This document shows, one piece after another, positions 49,054-58,885 of a stretch of DNA of 64,000 nt. The stretch is from the NCBI GenBank assembly GCA_039802605.1, contig JBDRWW010000001.1, positions 192,001 to 256,000 of the forward strand, in the 5' to 3' direction. The position numbers were made by a program, and so were the translations under genes. This stretch comes from a candidate division WOR-3 bacterium (GTDB taxonomy: Bacteria > Hydrothermota > Hydrothermia > LBFQ01). The notes under the pieces were generated by a model. It was given only the letters and a program-made list of their open reading frames with translations. It was not told the origin of the DNA and ran no database searches. How positions within the stretch are numbered: position 1 is the first letter of the stretch; every line of letters begins with the position of its first letter.

Positions 49054-50078
49054 GGTTTGACGATTCAAGGGTTAGAAAGGCTTTTTACCCTTTTAGTAAG
49101 TTGAAGGGGGTGGAGGATTTAAGGGTTGGGATTTTTACATTTGGTGAAAGGATAAAGGGGGTTTTGGGGGATGTTGATTATGTTCTCTCCCCCAACTTTG
49201 TGCCCTTTGAAGGATTAAAGGGTAATCCGCCGGTTATATTGGTGAAAGGCGAAGTGGTGGGGTATAGGATGGGACGGGTAAGGGGTTGGGAAGATGCATA
49301 TAATCTGGCCCATAAAGGCCTTGGCGGGGAATTAAATGGAATATATTTCGGACACTTTTGGGAGATCCCTTTAAAAATTGAAAGCGTTTTGGAGTTTGAT
49401 CTAAAACTTCTCAAACTTGAAGATTTCTATAAATTGGGCGAACTGTACATTCATAAAAGTTCAAGGGTTTCCTTAAAAGGAGACTTTAACGCTTGGGGGG
49501 TTGTGGATATGGGTGCGGTTATAAAGCCCTTTGTGGTTTTGGAGGGTGGGGTTTATATAGGGGAAAACAGCCTTGTAAAGCCTTTTACATATGTTTCATC
49601 TTCCGTTATAGGCCCGGTTTGTAAGGTTGCGGGCGAAATATCGCACACCGTTTTTGAGGGCTTTTCAAACAAGCAGCACGGAGGTTTTATAGGACATTCC
49701 TATGTTGGGAGTTGGGTTAATATAGGTGCGGGAACAGAGGTTAGCAATTTAAAAAACACATACGGTACGGTAAAGGTTTATTCTTATGAAAAGGAAGGAT
49801 TGGTTGATACGGGAGAGATGTTTTTGGGTTTGTTTGCGGGGGACCACTCAAAAATAGGGATAAACACCACAATTTCAACCGGGACGGTTTTGGGTATATT
49901 TGCAAACATAACGGCAAACGATTCCCCAACGGAGAAATTTATACCGGACTTCTATTGGACGGGTGGGGGGAAGATGGAATTAAATAAAGCCGTTGAGATC
50001 GCAAAAAGGGTTATGAACAGGAGGGGAATAAGCCCAAGCGAAGACTACATAAATAGAATAAAGGAGTGTTATGAATAA
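49050..50078 (+). CDS. Putative sugar-nucleotidyltransferase / GlmU-like left-handed beta-helix protein
   Basis: LRVGIFT, NKQHGGFIGHSYVGSWVNIGAGT and SNLKNTYG motifs. Confidence 0.8.
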   Translation: MRFDDSRVRKAFYPFSKLKGVEDLRVGIFTFGERIKGVLGDVDYVLSPNFVPFEGLKGNPPVILVKGEVVGYRMGRVRGWEDAYNLAHKGLGGELNGIYFGHFWEIPLKIESVLEFDLKLLKLEDFYKLGELYIHKSSRVSLKGDFNAWGVVDMGAVIKPFVVLEGGVYIGENSLVKPFTYVSSSVIGPVCKVAGEISHTVFEGFSNKQHGGFIGHSYVGSWVNIGAGTEVSNLKNTYGTVKVYSYEKEGLVDTGEMFLGLFAGDHSKIGINTTISTGTVLGIFANITANDSPTEKFIPDFYWTGGGKMELNKAVEIAKRVMNRRGISPSEDYINRIKECYE

Positions 50079-51234
50079 ACCCGTATGCGTTATGAAGTTT
50101 GGGGGGTCATCCGTTGCAAATGTGGAAAGGATTTTAAATGTTGCGAGGATAATTAGGGATAAGACCGAACAATATATGCCCATAGTTGTGGTATCAGCAA
50201 TGGGGAAAACTACGGATAATTTAATAGAAATGGCCTATACGGTTAATGAAAACCCCCCTCCGAGGGAATTGGATATGCTTCTAACCGCCGGGGAAAGGAT
50301 ATCTATGGCCTTACTTTCTATGGCACTACACAAATTTGGTTTAAAAGCAAGGTCTTTTACGGGTTCTCAGGTGGGTATAATAACGGAAAACAGGTTTAAC
50401 AGGGCAAGGGTTCTGGAAGTTAAACTTTTAAGGGTTAAGGAGAGTTTGGAAGAGGGCGTAATACCAGTTATAGCGGGTTTTCAGGGTGTTAGTACGAACA
50501 AGGAGATAACGACTTTGGGAAGGGGTGGGTCGGATTTAACGGCCGTGGCCTTGGCCATATCCCTCGGAAACGTTAAGTGTGAGATATATACGGATGTTGA
50601 TGGGGTTTATTCCCTTGATCCTAGGAAATATCCAAATGCAAAGAGGTACGATAAAATTTCATTTGAAATCCTTGCCGAAATGTCATCCGCTGGGGCAAAG
50701 GTTATGCACAGCAGGGCCGTAAGTTTGGCCGCAAAGTACAATCTACCCTTCTTTATAATGTCAAGTTTTAACCCTAAGAAAGGGGGAACTATGGTTGATA
50801 AGTTTTTAGAGGGACCCAATGTAAAGGGGATAACCACAAAGGATGTGGTGATTTTTGATGTTGAGGGTTTTGAAGATGGCTATATACTACAAAGGGTTTT
50901 AAAGGATGTGGATATTTTAAACTTATCGCAAGATTCATCGGGTAGGCATTTGGTGTTTCTGTTGGATATAGGCGAAAGGGATAAAATGTTAAGGATATTA
51001 TCGGAAGAAAGGGTGAAATTTGTTATGAGGGAAAACTTACAAATGATAAGCATTATAGGATGGGGAATAGGAAGTTCGTATGAAATTTTGGAAGGTATAT
51101 TTGATAGTATAAAAGGAGAACATGTTTTTTCCCTGAATATTACCGAAATGCGGGTTTCGGTAGTTGTGGAAAAGGATAAAGGGGAAAAGGTGGTGGAAAA
51201 CTTGGCGGAAAGGTTTAACCTATTGGAGAAATGA
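50071..51234 (+). CDS. lysC: Aspartate kinase
   Basis: KFGGSSV, VVSAMG, TTLGRGGSD and TDVDGV motifs. Confidence 0.93.
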   Translation: MNKPVCVMKFGGSSVANVERILNVARIIRDKTEQYMPIVVVSAMGKTTDNLIEMAYTVNENPPPRELDMLLTAGERISMALLSMALHKFGLKARSFTGSQVGIITENRFNRARVLEVKLLRVKESLEEGVIPVIAGFQGVSTNKEITTLGRGGSDLTAVALAISLGNVKCEIYTDVDGVYSLDPRKYPNAKRYDKISFEILAEMSSAGAKVMHSRAVSLAAKYNLPFFIMSSFNPKKGGTMVDKFLEGPNVKGITTKDVVIFDVEGFEDGYILQRVLKDVDILNLSQDSSGRHLVFLLDIGERDKMLRILSEERVKFVMRENLQMISIIGWGIGSSYEILEGIFDSIKGEHVFSLNITEMRVSVVVEKDKGEKVVENLAERFNLLEK

Positions 51235-52454
51235 GGTTATTACCTTATATAGCGGCGGTTGTTCTGGGTGTGTCCTTTGTTGCTCTTAAAGTTTATAAGG
51301 AAACAAAGATGGGGAGAAGCGTTTATGCACCCCTTTCGGACCTGAAAACCCTGTTAAACACGCCAATTGTGGGAACAATCGAAGACTCGTATTCTTACCT
51401 ATTATCTGCATATGGGTATTACAAGAACTTTGTGCCTGTAATAGATTGGGAAAGGGATAGGTATTTCGTATCTTTCAGGTTCTTATCTTCCATAGTATTC
51501 GTTCCTTTTATGTGGATATTTAAGGGTTATTTCCCAATAGCGTATATATTATTCTTTTCGTTGGCGGTTATGCTCTCTTATGCCCATCTATTACAAACCC
51601 TAAAAATACACCCGATAATATCAACCATAACTTTGGTTGCATTATCCCCTTTAACATTTTACCACATACCCCGTTTGATGTTGGAACCCCCAGCGGTTTT
51701 ATTTCTAATCTGGTTTTTGATATCATTTTTAAAGCGTAGGTATATCTTATCCTTTGTTTTCCTGTTTATCGCGGGAATAATTAGGGCCGAGATTTCGGTT
51801 TTGTGTCTTATTTTTGGAATTTACGCTTTTGCGAAAACACGCAAGTTGTCCTTTTCGCTTTCGGTAATACCGGTCATTTTACAAGTTTCCATTAATTATT
51901 TCCTCGGGGATCAGAGCAACTTTTATTTTTGGACCTATAGGGGATATTTGGAAAACTTTAAGTATAATGAGTATTCATCGGATAATGTGAAGGCATGCAT
52001 TAATAAAAAACTGGGATTTGTTCCGGAAAAGCCGATGATATATACACACCCGTATTTAAGGGTTTCAACCGAATGTTGGAAAGAAGTTGTGTCATCCGAA
52101 ATGGATTTTAAGAAGGGTTTCGGTTATGCTTTTAAACAAATATTAAAAAACGCCTTTGATGTTGTATTTTTCCCGGTAAGTAAGTTTTCATCGTTCTTTA
52201 AATGGCCTATTTTATCCTTTTACCTTTTTTATGGTATATTGGTGTTTATTTCTGTTTTTGGATTTTGGTTTTGGGGTTCAAGACTTCTTATCGTATTCTA
52301 CGCCATCCTTATAACCATTTACTCGCTTTACAATCCCTTCGGATTGTTTGATTCTTCGAGGTTCAAACAGATGCTTATACCCTTTGAGGTGGTATTCATC
52401 TCCTCATTACTATCAATACATCGTTTTCAAGTTTTAAAACCTCGTCAATTTTAA
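51231..52454 (+). CDS. Multi-pass membrane protein, possibly GT-C-fold glycosyltransferase
   Basis: Many TM helices; DS..Y in the first loop, MLE and IRAE motifs, and a late RF motif typical of GT-C-like proteins. Confidence 0.5.
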   Translation: MRLLPYIAAVVLGVSFVALKVYKETKMGRSVYAPLSDLKTLLNTPIVGTIEDSYSYLLSAYGYYKNFVPVIDWERDRYFVSFRFLSSIVFVPFMWIFKGYFPIAYILFFSLAVMLSYAHLLQTLKIHPIISTITLVALSPLTFYHIPRLMLEPPAVLFLIWFLISFLKRRYILSFVFLFIAGIIRAEISVLCLIFGIYAFAKTRKLSFSLSVIPVILQVSINYFLGDQSNFYFWTYRGYLENFKYNEYSSDNVKACINKKLGFVPEKPMIYTHPYLRVSTECWKEVVSSEMDFKKGFGYAFKQILKNAFDVVFFPVSKFSSFFKWPILSFYLFYGILVFISVFGFWFWGSRLLIVFYAILITIYSLYNPFGLFDSSRFKQMLIPFEVVFISSLLSIHRFQVLKPRQF

Positions 52455-53475
52455 ACTTTAACCTCCTCTCCAAACCCAAATTTTCCGCATAAACATCCAA
52501 ACCCTTACCCATAAAGGAAGGGGAAACAAATGCATAGATTTTATCAACCAAACCGGAGTTTAGGAAAGTTGAAAACATCATCCTCCCCCCTTCAACCAAA
52601 ACCGATTGAATGCCGAAATCCTTTAAAACCTCCAAGATTTTTTGCGCATCTATGTTTTTAATTTTCCTTACAATTACGCCCTCGGGGACGACGGGTTCCC
52701 CAGAGGTTATAAGTATGGTGGGGGCGTTTTCGGTATGGAATATCCTTGCGGAAAATGGCACATTTCCCCTACCGCTTACAACAACCCTAAAAGGCATTCT
52801 TTCCGAATAAACATCCCTTGGGGTTAATAAAGGGTTATCGGTTAGTACCGTATTTGCACCTACGACAATGGCATCGTATTCCCCCCTTAATTTGTGAACC
52901 AACATCCTTGAAAAATCATCCGTTATCCATTTTGATTTTCCCCCAATATCCGCTATCTTTCCGTCAACCGTTAATGCCATTTTTAATGCCACAAACGGCC
53001 TATTTTTTTCATAGAAAGTAAAAAACGCCTCGTTTTGCTTTCTAACTTCATCTTCTAAAACCCCCCATTTAACATCTATACCCGCATTCAAGAGCTCTTT
53101 TACCCCCTTTCCCCTAACCTTTGGGTTCGGATCCAATGAGCCTATAATAACCTCCTTTATTCCGGCCTCTATAATCGCTTTTGTGCAAGGCGGTTGTTTT
53201 CCGTAAAAATTATGCGGTTCCAAACTAACATACATGCGGGCACCCTTACAGGATTCCCCGGCTTCCCTTATAGCCCTAACCTCCGCGTGTTCCTCCCCAT
53301 ATCTCCTGTGATAACCTATACCCACAATCCTACCCTTGTTCACTATTACCGCCCCGACCAGGGGGTTTGGAGAAACAAAACCCCTCCCAAATTCCGCCAA
53401 CCTTATAGCAAGTCTCATAAAAAATTCGTCGTCGTTTTCCCTATAAGCCCTTAAAACCTCCTCATCCCTTATCAA
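52396..53475 (-). CDS. ribD: Riboflavin biosynthesis deaminase/reductase RibD
   Basis: PNPLVGAV, HAE, SKWIT, DNP and VEGG motifs. Confidence 0.95.
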   Translation of the reverse strand: MIRDEEVLRAYRENDDEFFMRLAIRLAEFGRGFVSPNPLVGAVIVNKGRIVGIGYHRRYGEEHAEVRAIREAGESCKGARMYVSLEPHNFYGKQPPCTKAIIEAGIKEVIIGSLDPNPKVRGKGVKELLNAGIDVKWGVLEDEVRKQNEAFFTFYEKNRPFVALKMALTVDGKIADIGGKSKWITDDFSRMLVHKLRGEYDAIVVGANTVLTDNPLLTPRDVYSERMPFRVVVSGRGNVPFSARIFHTENAPTILITSGEPVVPEGVIVRKIKNIDAQKILEVLKDFGIQSVLVEGGRMMFSTFLNSGLVDKIYAFVSPSFMGKGLDVYAENLGLERRLKFKIDEVLKLENDVLIVMRR

Positions 53476-53984
53476 AGTTTTTTAATTTCGGATTTGAAGG
53501 GAACGGGGTTTGAAACCGTATATGCGGCCGGACACTTTTTATCCGCCAACTCCCTTATCTCGTTTAAAACCTCAAAGGGGGCATCCGATTCAACCTCTAA
53601 GAATACCCCAACCTCTTCAACCACGGGGGCATCCGCGATTTCAAAAACGGCCTTCATATTAACCTTACTATAACCCCTAGCCCTTAAGGATTTTATTTCT
53701 ACCCCCTTTAAAGCCGCCAGGGTCATAAACGTGGTGCAATAACAAGCCACCATGGAAAAAACGCAGTATTGAACGGGATTCGGGGCATTTCCATTGCCTC
53801 CGGATGGTGTCGGTTGATCCGTGAATAGGGTTATTGAACCGTTTTCAAACTTCAACTCCGCCGAAAACTGTGTTTCCCCAAAATTCCAAGATCCTTCAAC
53901 TTCGAAAATGCGATGTTCCGGCATTTCTCCACTTTCCAGCTTCTTACGACTTTCTAAAATTCTCTCAACATTTATATTGTTCAT
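53472..53984 (-). CDS. OsmC family protein
   Basis: DQP...GG...PNP, ACY and KCP motifs. Start at ATG 53984, 7 nt after TATAAT. Confidence 0.85.
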   Translation of the reverse strand: MNNINVERILESRKKLESGEMPEHRIFEVEGSWNFGETQFSAELKFENGSITLFTDQPTPSGGNGNAPNPVQYCVFSMVACYCTTFMTLAALKGVEIKSLRARGYSKVNMKAVFEIADAPVVEEVGVFLEVESDAPFEVLNEIRELADKKCPAAYTVSNPVPFKSEIKKL

Positions 53985-53992
53985 CTTGGGTA

Positions 53993-55237
53993 TTATAAAG
54001 CGGGTTGTTTTGTAAGGTTTAAAACCCTTCTCCTCCAAAAGGCGGATTTTCTTGCGGAATTTTTTATCCTCTTCTTTTCAAGTAGAGGTCTCGTAGCATC
54101 CGTGGATTCGGGATGCCTCCTGTAATAGTATAAAACCTTATGTATCCTTCCAATCCTATAAAGTTCGCTTATCTTTAAAACCACATCGTAATCTTCGGCA
54201 AAATTCGGAAAATTAACCTCATCAAATCCCCCAATCCTTTCCAGAACTTCCCTCTTATAACTCCTAACGGCCCCGGCACCCTCTACCCTTAAAATGTTGT
54301 TTATAGAAAACTCCAAATGCTTAACCGTTCCCATTTCCCCTATCGGATTACCCTTTTCATCAACCACTTGGTAATATGATACGGCCAATCCAACAGGGTA
54401 TTCCTTATGGTATTCGTAAACGGTTCTTAAAGCATCCTTTGAGTAAAAATCGTCGGAATCCAACTGCGAAATTATCCAACCCTTTGAATTTTTTATACCC
54501 ATGTTTAAGCAACCCGCCAAACTCTCCCCATAAACCTCAACTAACTTTATTCTACCATCCCCTTGTGAAAACCTCTTAACGATTTCCCTCGTATTATCCG
54601 TTGAGCCGTTATCCACAACTATGCACTCCCAGTGTGGGAAATCGTTTTCTAAAATCGATTCCAAGGCCTTACCTATGAACCTTTCCCTATTCCTTACTGG
54701 GATTATAACGGATATATAGGGCTTATGCGGCTTTTCTTTTAAAGGCAGGTCAAGGGGTTTGTTTAAATATGCCCCAATTTTAACGAGGAAATCCTTAAAG
54801 ATCCCCTCCAAGGCAATCTCGTCCTCTTGGGAATATGTTAGGTATTTAAAAGCCTCGGAGTAAAGTTTCCCAAACCCCTCAACGCTAAACCTTTCAGATA
54901 GAACCCTATCGAGGACCAAATGGTTTTTACCTATAATATATAGTTGCAACCTCGCGTAATATTCCCAGAATTTTCCGTATTTCCAAGCCTTTATACCCTC
55001 CAAAAAATCCCAATGGTACAACCTCAAAGGTCCCAACTCCGCCCTTTCGGTAAAATCCTGAAAATCCCCAACATCAAAAACCTTACCCTTATAAATGTAT
55101 TTACCAACAACTATTGGATGTTTTGGGATATCCTTTAAGTTTTCGTATATTACGGCGGCGTTATCCTCCAAAACCGCCAGCACATCCCCAACCCTATTGG
55201 GTAAAGGCTCCCCAGATTTTAAAAACTGTACTTTCAT
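53993..55237 (-). CDS. Glycosyltransferase family 2
   Basis: SVIIPV, VVDNGSTD, LDSDD and EDYD motifs. Confidence 0.88.
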   Translation of the reverse strand: MKVQFLKSGEPLPNRVGDVLAVLEDNAAVIYENLKDIPKHPIVVGKYIYKGKVFDVGDFQDFTERAELGPLRLYHWDFLEGIKAWKYGKFWEYYARLQLYIIGKNHLVLDRVLSERFSVEGFGKLYSEAFKYLTYSQEDEIALEGIFKDFLVKIGAYLNKPLDLPLKEKPHKPYISVIIPVRNRERFIGKALESILENDFPHWECIVVDNGSTDNTREIVKRFSQGDGRIKLVEVYGESLAGCLNMGIKNSKGWIISQLDSDDFYSKDALRTVYEYHKEYPVGLAVSYYQVVDEKGNPIGEMGTVKHLEFSINNILRVEGAGAVRSYKREVLERIGGFDEVNFPNFAEDYDVVLKISELYRIGRIHKVLYYYRRHPESTDATRPLLEKKRIKNSARKSAFWRRRVLNLTKQPAL

Positions 55238-56160
55238 CCACCCCCAAGGGATTGGACATATTTGTTTCTCAAATCCGTAGCAACCGTCCTTATTGCATTT
55301 GAAAGGTTTGAACCCACCTGTAGGTTTTCCACCCTCTGACTTAGAGGGTTGCCATTAACCTCAACGGGTTTTCCGGTTTTTACATCATAAATGGTTATTG
55401 TAAAACTAACTATGTTGTTTTTTGAAGAAACCGAACCGAAGACGAATATGTCGGAACCCACGGTTTGCGCTATGCTTAAAACATCCCTTTCGTTTATCGT
55501 CCTTTTCGTTAATCCCTTTGAATTTATATACATCTTTGCCGCATTTTTATCATAAACCCTAAACCTCGTGCTCTCGTTAAAAACATCGTATATGTAATCC
55601 ATCAATGTATCGCCTAAGCCATAGGATGCCGCCTGATCATCCTCTTCCCTAAAAGGAAAAACGATAACCTTCTTTTGCAAAAACTCAACTCCCCTATAAG
55701 CCTTGTTTAATTCGTCAAGGACCAAAGGGGTTATATCATGCCTTGAATCGTACCAAACAGCATTTGATACATCAAGGACAACCTCATAACCCATACCCTT
55801 TGCTATCCTCTCGGTTGTTTCCCTAACTTTCTGGATATAAGGGGTCATTACCTCTTTGCTTTTGGCCTCAACCTGCTTGATTATAAAGTTTGAAATACTA
55901 TCAAGTTGCCTTTTGTATCCTTCTATTTCCCGTTGTCTTAAAATCCTCTCCGCATCCGTTAATATAGGCCACTGCTTTTCCAATGCGGATTGTAGGGAAT
56001 CCAACTTTCTCTTTACGGAATCCCTTTTAACTTCAAGGGTTGCCTTATACCTTATAACCTGCTCCCTCGCATCCTTTAAATCTATGTATTCGTTGTAAAT
56101 CTTTTCCATATTCACAAGGGCCACCTTGGAGGATTGGGACAAAATCATCAAAAGAACCAT
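55234..56160 (-). CDS. OmpH/Skp chaperone fused to a CsgG/TolB-N-like domain (start approximate)
   Basis: KVALVNMEKI...GYEVVLD...DIT..VL (Skp), followed by VIVFPF...VGSDIFVFGSV...IYDVKTG. Confidence 0.7.
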   Translation of the reverse strand: MVLLMILSQSSKVALVNMEKIYNEYIDLKDAREQVIRYKATLEVKRDSVKRKLDSLQSALEKQWPILTDAERILRQREIEGYKRQLDSISNFIIKQVEAKSKEVMTPYIQKVRETTERIAKGMGYEVVLDVSNAVWYDSRHDITPLVLDELNKAYRGVEFLQKKVIVFPFREEDDQAASYGLGDTLMDYIYDVFNESTRFRVYDKNAAKMYINSKGLTKRTINERDVLSIAQTVGSDIFVFGSVSSKNNIVSFTITIYDVKTGKPVEVNGNPLSQRVENLQVGSNLSNAIRTVATDLRNKYVQSLGGG

Positions 56161-56879
56161 GACAATCTGGAAATCCTCCCGTGCCAAATTTTGAGGTATA
56201 CCCTTATGGAATCACGGGAATGATCACCGTAATGAATGCTATCAACAACAACCTTACCGAGGTAATCGCCCTCATCGAAATTCCCGGAGACACCGAAGTC
56301 AAGCCATAAGGCCAAGGTATCGTAAGGGGTTATATTAATGTATTTTTCGTATCCCGAAGGCGGTATTGGATAATCGGTATTGTAGGGTTTAAACAGGGTT
56401 TCCCTATGACCAAACTTCGCCGTATCCCGTGAAGGGGAGATCAATCTCAAACTATCAAGGACAAACAGAAGATATGCAAAGTTATCCCCATCTTCCGGAT
56501 TGCAAGGGGATATGCTGTCTTTAAAACACACACCGGAAAACTGTCCAGAACCATAAGAATAAAGGCTTATATGCGAATAATAGGGTGAAACATTTATAGT
56601 GTCGCTCATTCTAATATCCGATGGGGCGTATGCGAATACCAATAATTTTTTATATGGTGTGGTAATTAAAGCAAATGTATCCTTTGTTGTAAGTATCCAG
56701 CCCAAGGATGTGGAATCTACCCCATAAACCGTAAAACTATCCGCACCTTCCAAGTAATACCAATATATGTATAGGGATTTGCCATCCCTTCCGCCAATAA
56801 CTTTTGATATTCTCGGATTTGAAGGCAAAGTTCCGCCTGCACAGGATATAAACAGGGTTAATAATGCCAACCGTTTCAT
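56148..56879 (-). CDS. Hypothetical lipoprotein
   Basis: MKRLALLTLFISC lipobox. Confidence 0.7.
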   Translation of the reverse strand: MKRLALLTLFISCAGGTLPSNPRISKVIGGRDGKSLYIYWYYLEGADSFTVYGVDSTSLGWILTTKDTFALITTPYKKLLVFAYAPSDIRMSDTINVSPYYSHISLYSYGSGQFSGVCFKDSISPCNPEDGDNFAYLLFVLDSLRLISPSRDTAKFGHRETLFKPYNTDYPIPPSGYEKYINITPYDTLALWLDFGVSGNFDEGDYLGKVVVDSIHYGDHSRDSIRVYLKIWHGRISRLSWFF

Positions 56880-57199
56880 ACCTTTATTTTTATCGCGTAT
56901 CCGAGGGCGTCCCTCGCGAGGCTTTCTATTTCCCTTATTATGTGTTCATCGCTCGTCCCTTCAAGGCCTATCTCTATAAATACCGGTTCCGTGCTTTCAA
57001 ATATCAGATTTTTGGTATATGGGGAGAATCCCTTTACCAACTTTTCATCTATTATAACCAAGGCATACTCCTGGGTGTTTAGTAGGCTTTTAACCTTTTT
57101 TTCAACTTCCAAAGAGTCTTCGGATTCAAAGACATCACAACCGGCCAAGAGGAAACCCGAAGAAAATTGAGGTCTTACTATTGCAAGAACCTTATGCAT
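56876..57199 (-). CDS. V/A-type ATP synthase subunit F
   Basis: GFLLAG, YALVIIDE, P..IEI and RDALG pattern. Confidence 0.75.
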   Translation of the reverse strand: MHKVLAIVRPQFSSGFLLAGCDVFESEDSLEVEKKVKSLLNTQEYALVIIDEKLVKGFSPYTKNLIFESTEPVFIEIGLEGTSDEHIIREIESLARDALGYAIKIKV

Positions 57200-57231
57200 A
57201 AGTTGGGAATTTTACAGGAGATTAATACAAC

Positions 57232-57259
57232 TTGACATAAAGTTAATCACCCTTAAAAT
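57232..57259 (+). promoter_or_regulatory. Sigma70-type promoter (leaderless arrangement)
   Basis: TTGACA-16 nt-TAAAAT, 8 nt before ATG 57268. Confidence 0.75.
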
Positions 57260-57267
57260 AGAATATT

Positions 57268-58854
57268 ATGAAAAGGTTATTTTTAGCGGTTGTCGCTTTA
57301 TAGGTTGCATTTTTGGGGTTTGCCCATGCCCAGTTTCCCCCAAGGCATATAGCCCTCGGCGATTGGCTTATGCTTCACGGCTCATTGGGTCATAACGGAT
57401 TCTCCGCCCTAAAGGGTTCAATTACTACTTGGAATGTAAAGTATTCCATAAGTGCAGGGGAAGGAGAATCCCAACCCGCCGTTGGCGATGCGAATGGAGA
57501 CGGTATCCCGGATATAGTATTTGTTAACTGGTTTAATTGTACCGTTAGTTCTTATAACGGTTCAACGGGGAGCTTACAATGGATGATATCCCTTGGGGGT
57601 TCCGGGGCTCCAAATGCCCCGGCTATGGCCGATCTAATACCTACTTCACCGGGACTTGAAATAGTGGTATCTTGTGGTTCCGCTTTATATCTCCTAAGGG
57701 GTACCGATGGTAGCACCATATGGGTAAACAGTTATGGGGGGTTTCCAGCTCCGGCCGTAGCGTTTGACGGACCCGATACTTTAATAATATCTTCAGATGG
57801 CGCAAATGTATATGCTCTTAGGCCTAATGGTACACTGGTTTGGTCTGCAACGGCCGGCGGAACAACATATCACTCCGCATCCCCGGCAATAGGTGATATA
57901 GATGGGGATGGCAGGTATGAAGTGGTTGTTTATGGTAATGACGGATATGTTAGAGCTTACCGATTTTCAAACGGTGCGTTTCTATGGAGCAGCTATGTTG
58001 GAAGCCCAGCTTGGTCGGAGGTTAGCCTTGGCGATATAAACGGCGATTGCATAGATGAGGTGATAGTTGCAAACTCATCGGGAGCCCTTTATACACTTAG
58101 AGGAACGGATGGTAGCACGATATGGACATATTCTTTGGGTGCGGTTCCGTCCGGACCCATATCCGTGGCGGATATCAACGGAGATAGGATAAACGATATT
58201 ATAGTGGGTCTTAGAAATAGTTCAGATGCTTGTGTTAGCGGTGTGGGTATAACCGTCTTATCCGGAACGGGGACACCTTTATGGAGTAATTGGGGCTGGA
58301 CACCAAACGCAATGCACGGAGGGGGAAGGATTGTTGCGGATTTTGATGGCGATGGGCAACTTGAAATAGCCGGCGTGCCTTATAGTTCTTGGTGCTCTGG
58401 AGATGGAACTTTTCGCATGTTTAACGCTTTAACCGGGACATTGGAATGGACATATCCTTATGGTGTAGATGCCGAAGGGGCTTCTATGGCGGATGTTGAT
58501 GGGGATATGTGCGCGGAATTGATGTTATTGCCATCATGCTGTGGGAGTATGAATATCGTTGTTTTGGATGGACCCGGTACCGGCTGCGGTTTTTATCCTT
58601 ATAACGATACCTGTGGCGTATTGGGTTATGATGACCCCGTTAATGTTGGGGAAGTTATATCATCCGATAAATTTGGGGTTGAAGGGGGAAAGGGTGGTTT
58701 GTTCGTTAATGGTGAGGGTTATGTTGTAATATACGATAATGCGGGCTCAAAGAGGTTTGAGGGATTTGTTAAGGGTAATAGGTTTGTGAGGTTGAATAAG
58801 GGGATTTATTATGTGAAAGTTGGAGGTGGAATAAGGGCGGTTGTGGTCAAATAA
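57268..58854 (+). CDS. Secreted FG-GAP/PQQ-like repeat protein with T9SS-like CTD; in-frame TAG in the signal peptide
   Basis: Repeats GDxxGDGxxE/D; CTD IYDNAG...KGIYYVKV. The N-terminus MKRLFLAVVAL*VAFLGFAHA is in frame with the ORF. Confidence 0.75.
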
Positions 58855-58885
58855 GGGATAAAAAATCCGGGGATATAATTCCCTT

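Noticed and set aside
57301..57303. Genome-wide TAG recoding or pyrrolysine
   Set aside because: TAG terminates conserved genes such as acs and rpsG at the expected positions, and no pyl genes are visible in the window.
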